From an uncultured delta proteobacterium (GTDB lineage: Bacteria; Desulfobacterota; Desulfobacteria; Desulfobacterales; UBA2156), in NCBI GenBank assembly GCA_963736855.1, contig CAVTQK010000024.1, positions 32,001-96,000 of the forward strand: a stretch of 64,000 bases of DNA, written 5' to 3'. The notes beneath the pieces were generated by a model. The model made no database searches. It was not told the origin of the DNA and saw only the letters and a list, made by a program, of their open reading frames with translations. A program made the position numbers and the translations under genes. Positions 56,303 to 64,000 of this stretch are shown piece by piece. Each line of letters starts with the position of its first letter. Position 1 is the stretch's first letter.

Positions 56303-58894
56303 ATGAACGAACGGTATGAACCTAAAATTATCGAGTCCAAATGGCAGGCGTTCTGGGAACACCACGGACTATTTCGCGTGATAACCGATCATAGTCGGAA
56401 AAAATATTATATTTTAGAAATGTTTCCTTACCCGTCGGGTAAAATCCACATGGGGCATGTGCGGAATTACACCATCGGCGACGTGGTCGCCAGGTATAAA
56501 AGGATGCAGGGTTTTAACGTGCTCCATCCCATGGGGTGGGATGCCTTCGGTATGCCGGCAGAAAATGCGGCCATTGCCAACAAAACCCATCCGGCCCGGT
56601 GGACTTACCAGAATATCGACACCATGCGCCGACAGCTCAAACAGATGGGCTTTTCCTATGACTGGGAGCGGGAAGTGACTACCTGCAAACCCGAGTATTA
56701 TCGATGGGAGCAATGGCTTTTTTTAAGGATGCTGGAAAAGGGAATGGCCTATCGTAAAGAGTCCCACGTCAACTGGTGCGACTCGTGCCGGACGGTTCTG
56801 GCAAATGAACAGGTGGAAGCAGGGCTTTGCTGGCGTTGCGGAAAAGAGGTTAGGCAAAAAAAGCTCAGGCAATGGTTTTTCAAGATCAGCGATTTTGCAG
56901 AGGATCTCCTGGTTTATTGCGACCGTCTCCCGGGATGGCCCGAAAAAGTCGTCACCATGCAGAAAAACTGGATCGGCAAAAGTATCGGTGCCGAAATCCG
57001 GTTTCCCATTGAAAAGGGGGATCAGGCCATCGCCGTATTTACCACCCGACAGGACACGATTTATGGAGCCACCTTCATGTGCCTGGCACCGGAACATCCC
57101 ATGGTTGGAAGCCTTTCCCGGGGAACAGCACAGGAAAAGACGGTAGCCGATTTTTGCGAGAAGATGTCCCGCCAGGACCGCTCCAGCAAGACCGTAGATC
57201 TCTACGAAAAGGAAGGTGTATTCACGGGCGGCCATTGCGTCAATCCCTTAAGTGGACGACGCATGCCGGTCTGGGTGGCCAATTTCGCCCTCATGGAGTA
57301 TGGCACCGGCGCCGTCATGTCGGTCCCGGCCCACGACCAGCGGGATCTCGATTTTGCAAGAAAGTACGGTCTTGATGTGGTGGTGGTGGTCGATCCTCCG
57401 AATGGGGGCCTGGATCCTTACGTTATGACCGAGGCCTTTGCCGGCGAAGGGACCATGGTCCATTCCGGTGTCTTTAACGGGATGAAAAGCAGTGCAACCC
57501 TGGAGGCCATCGCCGATCACCTCGAAGAAAAGGGGATCGGTAAAAGGGCCGTGAGCTACCGTCTAAAGGATTGGGGAATTTCCAGGCAGAGGTACTGGGG
57601 TGCCCCCATCCCCGTGATCCACTGCCCGGATTGCGGTATCGTGGGAGTTTTGGACAAAGATCTCCCCGTGATCCTTCCCGAAGATGCGGATCTTCTGGAA
57701 GACGGAAAATCGCCTCTCCCGGTGCTGGAATCCTTTATCCGGGCCACATGCCCGAAATGCGGGAATACCGGAGCCAAACGGGAAACCGACACCATGGACA
57801 CCTTCGTGGAGTCGTCCTGGTACTTCGAGCGGTATTGCAGCCCCACATGCGATACCGCCATGTTCGACTCAAAGGATGTGGACTATTGGATGCCGGTCGA
57901 CCAGTACATTGGGGGGGTGGAGCATGCGATCCTGCATTTATTGTACTCCAGATATTATACGCGCGTGCTCAGGGAATTCGGCTTGGTCAACTTCAATGAG
58001 CCTTTCACGCGTCTTTTGACCCAGGGGATGGTTTGCAAGGAAACCGCGGCCTGCCCGGAACATGGTTTTTTGTTCCCTGAGGAGATTCGAGTGTCCGGAG
58101 AAGACCGCTTTTGCGGGAAGTGCGGCATACCGGCGGCGGTGGGCCGCGTGGAAAAAATGTCCAAGTCCAAGAAGAATGTCATCGATCCCAATGCCCTCCT
58201 GGAGCGTTACGGGGCCGATACCACCCGTCTGTTTTGTCTCTTTGCCGCTCCCCCGGAACGGGATCTGGAGTGGAGCGAGCAAGGGGTGGAAGGGGGATAC
58301 AGGTTTCTGAACCGGATCTGGCGCCTGGCGGTTCAGTGGATGGGTCGTATTTCGTCTGTGGAAGCGTATCGCGGAGAAACCGACCGCCTTTCCGGGGATG
58401 TCCGGGACCTTTTTAAAAAGACCCATCAGACCATCTCCAAAGTTACCCAGGATATCGAAGATCGCTTCCATTTTAACACCGCCATCAGCGCCGTCATGGA
58501 GTTGGTCAATGCCATCTACGCCTTGGAAAGCACCGAGGATTCTCCTCATCTGGCAAAGGTCTTGCGCTTTGCTTTAGAGTCGGTGGTGCGGTTGCTTTCC
58601 CCCATCGTTCCCCATCTCTCCGAGGAGATATGGGCCGCGTTGGGCAACACCACGAGCGTGCTCCTGGAATCCTGGCCGGAACCTCTGGAAGAGGCTCTTG
58701 CAAAAGACGAACTCGTGGTTGTGGTTCAGGTCAACGGCAAACTGAGAAGCAGGCTTGTGATCTCGTCGGATATAACAGAAGAAGCACTCCAAGAGATGGC
58801 CATCACGGATGAACGAGTACTCAGGTTCATCGAGGGAAAAGCCGTTCGAAAGATCATCGTCGTGGGGAAAAAGCTGGTCAATATCGTGGTGTGA
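56303..58894 (+). CDS. leuS: Leucine--tRNA ligase
   Basis: [28 protein letters not shown] and VQVNGKLR. Confidence 0.98.
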   Translation: MNERYEPKIIESKWQAFWEHHGLFRVITDHSRKKYYILEMFPYPSGKIHMGHVRNYTIGDVVARYKRMQGFNVLHPMGWDAFGMPAENAAIANKTHPARWTYQNIDTMRRQLKQMGFSYDWEREVTTCKPEYYRWEQWLFLRMLEKGMAYRKESHVNWCDSCRTVLANEQVEAGLCWRCGKEVRQKKLRQWFFKISDFAEDLLVYCDRLPGWPEKVVTMQKNWIGKSIGAEIRFPIEKGDQAIAVFTTRQDTIYGATFMCLAPEHPMVGSLSRGTAQEKTVADFCEKMSRQDRSSKTVDLYEKEGVFTGGHCVNPLSGRRMPVWVANFALMEYGTGAVMSVPAHDQRDLDFARKYGLDVVVVVDPPNGGLDPYVMTEAFAGEGTMVHSGVFNGMKSSATLEAIADHLEEKGIGKRAVSYRLKDWGISRQRYWGAPIPVIHCPDCGIVGVLDKDLPVILPEDADLLEDGKSPLPVLESFIRATCPKCGNTGAKRETDTMDTFVESSWYFERYCSPTCDTAMFDSKDVDYWMPVDQYIGGVEHAILHLLYSRYYTRVLREFGLVNFNEPFTRLLTQGMVCKETAACPEHGFLFPEEIRVSGEDRFCGKCGIPAAVGRVEKMSKSKKNVIDPNALLERYGADTTRLFCLFAAPPERDLEWSEQGVEGGYRFLNRIWRLAVQWMGRISSVEAYRGETDRLSGDVRDLFKKTHQTISKVTQDIEDRFHFNTAISAVMELVNAIYALESTEDSPHLAKVLRFALESVVRLLSPIVPHLSEEIWAALGNTTSVLLESWPEPLEEALAKDELVVVVQVNGKLRSRLVISSDITEEALQEMAITDERVLRFIEGKAVRKIIVVGKKLVNIVV

Positions 58895-58917
58895 TTCCTG
58901 AGTAAGTAAGATTAAAG

Positions 58918-59460
58918 GTGACCCGGGAGGAAAAGGTGGCGCGAAAAAGGAGTCCGCTGGGTATTTTTGCGGTTTATTTCGCTGCAGTGGTGATGGCGGC
59001 GGGATGCGGGTATCGATTTGCCGGAAGCGGAAGCTTTCCGGCCGGGGTGAAGAAGATTCACATTGCGTTGCTGGATAACCGGACCACGGAGACCGGCATT
59101 GAAAAAGATTTCACGGACGATTTGGTCGATGAATTCATCCGGAGAAACGAGGAGGGCTTGGTCAACGCCCCGGAGAATGCCGACGCTGTCCTTTCCGGGG
59201 TCATCGCCGCCATGGGTGTGGAAACCATATCCAGGACCGGCGCGTCTACATCCGACGAAAGGCGGGTGACCATCACCGTTGTCTTAAAACTGACAGATCG
59301 GAAAAAACACGTTATCTGGTCCGGTTCCGTTTCTGAAGATGAGGCTTACCCGGTTGCTGGGGACCGCTTGACGACGGACAAGAACCGTAGGGATGCCATC
59401 AAGGCGCTCTCCAAGCTTATAGCCGAGAGGGTCTATAATAATCTCACCGCAGGCTTTTAG
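58918..59460 (+). CDS. lptE: LPS assembly lipoprotein LptE family
   Basis: Lipobox AAGC-GYRF; leuS-lptE synteny. Confidence 0.82.
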   Translation: MTREEKVARKRSPLGIFAVYFAAVVMAAGCGYRFAGSGSFPAGVKKIHIALLDNRTTETGIEKDFTDDLVDEFIRRNEEGLVNAPENADAVLSGVIAAMGVETISRTGASTSDERRVTITVVLKLTDRKKHVIWSGSVSEDEAYPVAGDRLTTDKNRRDAIKALSKLIAERVYNNLTAGF

Positions 59461-59519
59461 CGTGGCAAAACTCTTCTCTCCGTTACTATTATCGGGGAGG
59501 GGAGGATGAGTCGGAAGCG

Positions 59520-59786
59520 CTATTTTTTAGCGTTGACAAGCCGTTCCAGACGGGAAACCTTCCGGGAAGCGGTTCTTTTGTGGACGGCTCCTTTTTTGGA
59601 ACTCCTCGCGATGACGGACTTGGCCTGATTCAGTTGTTTGGCAAGCGATTCGACGTCTGTACCGCCTGCAGCGGCCGTGCGAACCGCCTTGATGACGCTC
59701 TTGACCCGTGTTTTTGCGATTTTATTGCGCAGGCGCCGGTTTTCGTTTTGCCGAGCCCGCTTGATTGCAGATGGATGATTTGCCAA
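59520..59786 (-). CDS. rpsT: 30S ribosomal protein S20
   Basis: ANHPSAIKRARQ and KGAVHKRTASRKVSRL; TTG start after GGAGG. Confidence 0.96.
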   Translation of the reverse strand: MANHPSAIKRARQNENRRLRNKIAKTRVKSVIKAVRTAAAGGTDVESLAKQLNQAKSVIARSSKKGAVHKRTASRKVSRLERLVNAKK

Positions 59787-59954
59787 GGGTGATCGTGCCT
59801 CCCGTTCCATTTTTCAGGCGTTTATCAAACGCCTGGTTTTTTATTAAAAACTTATAATTACAAAAAGGATGCTTCCTGTCAATAAAAAACATCATCGCTT
59901 CCAATACGTCGCCGAATCTCTTTTCACGGCCGGGCCCTGATTCTGCTATTGCCT

Positions 59955-61529
59955 ATGGATGAAAGCCGTCATGTTTTTCGGGCCGCCGGGGTGGTCGGGA
60001 GCGCCACCTTGTTGAGCCGGATTTTCGGGTTCGTCCGGGATGCGGTCATTGCCGGATTTTTCGGGGCCGGCGCCGGAGCGGATGCCTTTTTTGTGGCCTT
60101 CCGCATCCCCAACCTGCTCAGGCGCCTCCTTGCAGAAGGGTCGTTAAGCATTTCTTTTATTCCCGTCTTTACCGGGTATCTTTCCTACAAGGGCAGAGAA
60201 GAAGCTTACTGCCTGGCCAGATCCGCATTTCGGCTATTGGTTTTAGTTCTGGTAACCGTATCGGTTTTGGGAGTGCTTTTATCTCCGATCATCGTCAAAG
60301 TCATCGCTCCCGGCTTTGCTCGGTTTCCGGAAAAAATGGTCCTCACCGTTACTCTCACCCGGATCATGTTTCCGTATATTTTTTTTATTGGGCTCATGGC
60401 GCTTTTCATGGGAATTCTCAATGCCTTGGGCCATTTTGCCGCACCGGCCCTGGCTCCGGTGATGTTGAACCTGATGATCATCGGGGCGGTCTTTTTCATT
60501 TCTCCGGTGATGTCCGAACCGGTGTGGGGACTGGCCATCGGGGTGCTTTTGGGGGGTGCGCTGCAGGCAGCCTTGCAGGTGCCGGCGATCCTGAAAAAAG
60601 GGATACGCTTGGCTCAAAAAACGCCCTTATGGCATCCGGGTCTCAAAAAGGTCTTATGCCTGATGCTTCCCACCGTTCTTGGAGCGGCTGTTTATCAGAT
60701 CAATGTTTTGGTGAGCACCCTCCTGGCTTCTTTACTTCCCGAAGGGAGCGTCTCTTACCTGTATTATGCGGATCGGCTGGTACAGTTTCCTTTGGGAATA
60801 TTTGCCACCGCCACCGCCACTGCCCTACTGCCGAGTCTTTCCCGCCTGGCAGCATCCGGTGACCTCGACAGTGTTAGAAAGACGTTTTCGGATGCTTTAA
60901 GGTTGGTGGTTTTCATCAGCCTCCCTGCTATGACGGGGCTCATTGTGTTGAGAAAACCCCTCATCGCTTTGCTTTTCGAGCGTGGGGCCTTCAGCCCCGA
61001 ATCCACACGATTGACGGCTGTAGCGCTTTTATATTATAGTATGGGATTATGGGCATTTTCAGCCGTGAGGGTAGTGGTTTCAACCTTTTATGCCTTTCAG
61101 GACACAAAAACGCCGGTATGGACGGCCGCTGTCTCCGTCGTATCCAATATCGGTTTCGGGATCGTCCTGATGGAGCGTATGGGTCATGGAGGTCTAGCTT
61201 TGGCCGCATCCCTGGCTTCCATGGTGAACTTGGGACTTTTGCTATGGATGTTAAAAGCCCGCATGATTTCCATCGGGGCAAAGAAGATTTTACCGTCTTT
61301 GCTGCGCTCGGCTGCAGGGTCTTTGGTCATGGGTGCTGGTTTGTGGCTGGTCGCCTTTAAGGGAATTCCCGAACGGTTCTGGCATGATTCCGGTTTGCCG
61401 TTAAGCCTTGCGGTAAGCTTGGTTTTAGGGATTGGGTTTTACGGGGCATTTTCCCTGATGACGGGAAGCCCGGAATTAAAGCATTTTGCGTCATTTTTCA
61501 AAAAAGACGCAGTCCGGAATGATGAATAA
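59955..61529 (+). CDS. murJ: Lipid II flippase MurJ
   Basis: SRIFGFVRD, AFRIPNLLRRLLAEG, YADRLVQFPLG and FERGAF. Confidence 0.96.
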   Translation: MDESRHVFRAAGVVGSATLLSRIFGFVRDAVIAGFFGAGAGADAFFVAFRIPNLLRRLLAEGSLSISFIPVFTGYLSYKGREEAYCLARSAFRLLVLVLVTVSVLGVLLSPIIVKVIAPGFARFPEKMVLTVTLTRIMFPYIFFIGLMALFMGILNALGHFAAPALAPVMLNLMIIGAVFFISPVMSEPVWGLAIGVLLGGALQAALQVPAILKKGIRLAQKTPLWHPGLKKVLCLMLPTVLGAAVYQINVLVSTLLASLLPEGSVSYLYYADRLVQFPLGIFATATATALLPSLSRLAASGDLDSVRKTFSDALRLVVFISLPAMTGLIVLRKPLIALLFERGAFSPESTRLTAVALLYYSMGLWAFSAVRVVVSTFYAFQDTKTPVWTAAVSVVSNIGFGIVLMERMGHGGLALAASLASMVNLGLLLWMLKARMISIGAKKILPSLLRSAAGSLVMGAGLWLVAFKGIPERFWHDSGLPLSLAVSLVLGIGFYGAFSLMTGSPELKHFASFFKKDAVRNDE

Positions 61530-61827
61530 ACAGACAATCCTCATTGCGGCCGCCTCTATAGGCCTTCTCAGTTTTCTTTTGTTTATTATATTCGGAGAAA
61601 GAGGGTTTACCGATTACCTTTCCCTCAAGGCCCAGAAACAGCATGTACTCGATGAAAATGAGGTGCTTGTGCAAAAGAACATTTCCCTATATCATAGAAT
61701 CGAGCGATTAAAACACGATCCCAGGTTCGCAGAATATGTTATACGAAAGGACCTTGGGGTTGTCGGGAAGGATGAAATCATTTTCAAGAAAACCCCGAAT
61801 CTTAAGAAAAAAAATCAGGTTGAGTAG
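61519..61827 (+). CDS. ftsB: FtsB/DivIC septum formation initiator
   Basis: TM, FGERG, coiled coil and RKDLGVVGKDE. Confidence 0.82.
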   Translation: MMNKQTILIAAASIGLLSFLLFIIFGERGFTDYLSLKAQKQHVLDENEVLVQKNISLYHRIERLKHDPRFAEYVIRKDLGVVGKDEIIFKKTPNLKKKNQVE

Positions 61828-61894
61828 ATTTGCTTTGGTGCCGAAACAGCAGCTTGTTCGATAACAACAATCAAATGAAAAAGGAGGTTGGATC

Positions 61895-62350
61895 ATGATG
61901 CAGCGGAGGAAAAGGGGATGGCGTTTTTTGGGGGTCGGAATCGCGGCGATCCTCGCTCTGTCGGCATTCGGGTGCGCCAGCGTTTTGTACAATCAGGGCG
62001 AAGCAAAAAAGGATGTGCCCATGTACATGGACTTCGGGGATGTGATGGTGCCAAAGGAGCTGAAGATCGTCAAAGACCAGACATTTATCTATCGGACGGC
62101 AGGGCATACCAGCGGAGTTTTAACCCTCAAGGGTGACGTAGAGATGAATTCGCTCATCGCCTTTTTCGAAAATAATATGACCAAGGACAATTGGAAGAAA
62201 ATCGGCGAATTCAAATCACCTCGCACGGTTCTTCTTTTCCAGAAGGAAAACCGGCATTGCGTGATCAATATGCTCGAAGGGCAATATGAATGCAGGGTGG
62301 AAATTTGGGTCATGCCGACCATGCCGGTGGAGGCGGGGCTTTTAAAGTAA
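61895..62350 (+). CDS. Hypothetical lipoprotein
   Basis: Basic N-terminus, hydrophobic stretch and AFGC lipobox; GGAGG RBS. Confidence 0.75.
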   Translation: MMQRRKRGWRFLGVGIAAILALSAFGCASVLYNQGEAKKDVPMYMDFGDVMVPKELKIVKDQTFIYRTAGHTSGVLTLKGDVEMNSLIAFFENNMTKDNWKKIGEFKSPRTVLLFQKENRHCVINMLEGQYECRVEIWVMPTMPVEAGLLK

Positions 62351-62409
62351 CTCCGATCATTTCCGGACAACAATATATCCTTCGATGAGCAAGGGATCGC
62401 CGGGAGATC

Positions 62410-63615
62410 ATGGAGCATCGGTTGAAGGACAAAAATATCGTTTTAGGGGTCTGCGGCGGTATTGCCGCTTATAAGAGCGCCGAGCTTGTGCGTCTTATCA
62501 TCAAACAAGGCGCATCGGTGCGGGTGATGATGACCCGAAACGCCCACAACTTCGTGGGACGCGTTACCTTCGAAGCCCTTTCAGGAAAGCCGGTCTGCTC
62601 GGATCTTTTCTCCGCCGACGGCGAAAGCGCCATGAAACACATTGATTGGGCCGAGACGGCGGAGGCTGTGGTCATTGCCCCCGCCACGGCCAACATGATC
62701 GGAAAGCTCGCCAATGGGATCGCCGACGACGCCTTGAGCACCTTTGTACTGGCCGTAACCGTCCCGGTGCTATTATGCCCGTCCATGAACGTCAACATGT
62801 ACAACAGCGAACCGGTCCGGCGGAACCTCAAGGTGTTGAAGAACGACGGATTTCATGTGTTGGAGCCGGATTCCGGCGACCTTGCCTGCGGCATTTCAGG
62901 CCCGGGTCGCCTTCCGGATCCCGCATATATCTTAGAACGCCTCACAGCATGTCTGACCCTAAAAGATCTTGCGGGAAAACGGATCCTGATCACGGCCGGA
63001 CCCACTCGCGAACCTATTGATCCGGTCCGATTCATCGCGAATCCCTCTTCGGGAAAGATGGGATTCGCGCTGGCGCGGGCCGCTGAGCACCGCGGCGCCG
63101 ATGTTTTTTTAATTACGGGACCCAGCACCCTGCCGGATCCGCCGGGGGTCAAGACTCTCCGGATACAAACCGCCCAGGAAATGGCCGAATCCGTCCTGGA
63201 AGTTGTTCAGGACTATCCGATCGTCATCAAAAACGCCGCAGTTTCAGATTATCGACCGACAAAAACAGCCGCCCAGAAAATCAAGAAGAAAAATGATCGA
63301 TGGATCCTGGAACTGGAGCAAACCACGGACATCTTAAAGGAAATCGGGAAAAGAAAACTGGCCGGACAGACTCTGGTCGGTTTTGCCGCCGAAACCGAAG
63401 ATCTCGAGGTCAACGCCGTAAAAAAGCTCAATGAAAAGAACCTGGATATCATCGCTGCCAATCGGATCGGAGAGATGGGTTCAGGGTTTGAGTCCGATAC
63501 CAATCGTGTTACTCTTTTTTATAAGGACGGAAGCCGGGAGATTCTTCCGGTTATGGAAAAGGAGGCCGTCGCCCATCTTCTCTTGGACCGGATTCTTTCT
63601 TTAAAGACGCCGTGA
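62410..63615 (+). CDS. coaBC: Phosphopantothenoylcysteine decarboxylase/synthase
   Basis: GGIAAYK, APATAN, PSMN, TAGPTREPIDPVRFI and VGFAAE. Confidence 0.97.
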   Translation: MEHRLKDKNIVLGVCGGIAAYKSAELVRLIIKQGASVRVMMTRNAHNFVGRVTFEALSGKPVCSDLFSADGESAMKHIDWAETAEAVVIAPATANMIGKLANGIADDALSTFVLAVTVPVLLCPSMNVNMYNSEPVRRNLKVLKNDGFHVLEPDSGDLACGISGPGRLPDPAYILERLTACLTLKDLAGKRILITAGPTREPIDPVRFIANPSSGKMGFALARAAEHRGADVFLITGPSTLPDPPGVKTLRIQTAQEMAESVLEVVQDYPIVIKNAAVSDYRPTKTAAQKIKKKNDRWILELEQTTDILKEIGKRKLAGQTLVGFAAETEDLEVNAVKKLNEKNLDIIAANRIGEMGSGFESDTNRVTLFYKDGSREILPVMEKEAVAHLLLDRILSLKTP

Positions 63616-63639
63616 GAAGACTTTTAACCCGGGAATCCG

Positions 63640-64000
63640 ATGACGACACCGGACATTTTCAAGGAATTCATGGAAACTCTCGATGCCGTGAGCCGAACGG
63701 TGCGATTCCTTTCTCAATCGGGACAAATCGGGTTCGACTGCACCGAAAAGACCCTAGATACTTTAGAACGTTGGGGAAGAGGACACAAGTTCCCGGAGAC
63801 CCTGGAAGATATCCGTGCCGATTTGGGGGATTGTCACCGGTGTGGTCTGAGTTCCGGGAGACGATACATCGTTTTCGGGGCGGGAGAGCCAAAGGCGCGG
63901 CTGGTCTTTGTCGGAGAGGGGCCCGGTTCCGAAGAAGATCGTCAGGGTGAACCCTTTGTCGGTGCAGCCGGCCAGTTGTTGACCAAAATTATCCATGCCA
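63640..64000 (+). CDS. Family 4 uracil-DNA glycosylase (partial, runs off window)
   Basis: Manual translation ...GDCHRCGL...VFGAG...[25 protein letters not shown]; absent from the ORF track because there is no stop. Confidence 0.9.
   Translation, partial: MTTPDIFKEFMETLDAVSRTVRFLSQSGQIGFDCTEKTLDTLERWGRGHKFPETLEDIRADLGDCHRCGLSSGRRYIVFGAGEPKARLVFVGEGPGSEEDRQGEPFVGAAGQLLTKIIHA

Overview
Chromosomal segment of a deltaproteobacterium, most likely Desulfobacterales, judged from 16S signatures and gene order. Positions 1-28 kb and 52-64 kb are housekeeping backbone: atpDC, a truncated glmU, zapBA, rny, tyrS, a complete rRNA operon with tRNA-Ile/Ala, a sigma54 two-component pair, ihfA, tRNA-Thr, mfd, surA, rodZ, mgtE, recO, a GHMP kinase, glyQS, pyrBC, lepB, pgpA, leuS, lptE, rpsT, murJ, ftsB, coaBC and a partial UDG. 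The 28-52 kb accessory region has three parts. (i) A KamA radical-SAM aminomutase, two Ddl-like ATP-grasp ligases and a GNAT. (ii) An AT-richer glycan-tailoring cassette with a WbpB-WbpD fusion, GT4, two methyltransferases, a B12 radical SAM and a flippase-like protein. (iii) A type IV pilin locus with pilR and two tandem pilins, each with its own sigma54 promoter and terminator, followed by two TMTC-like GT-C/TPR proteins, a VKOR-DsbA fusion, a third GT-C, GT9 and a DPM-like GT2. This looks like a self-contained pilin folding and glycosylation system. Two unannotated pseudogene remnants mark cassette shuffling. A family of GATG...CATC MITEs with 6-bp target duplications and interchangeable structured cargo occurs at several sites. 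Single-base frameshifts in tyrS, GT9, a GT-C and pilA1 are probably long-read errors. All calls come from motif recognition by eye; no searches were run.
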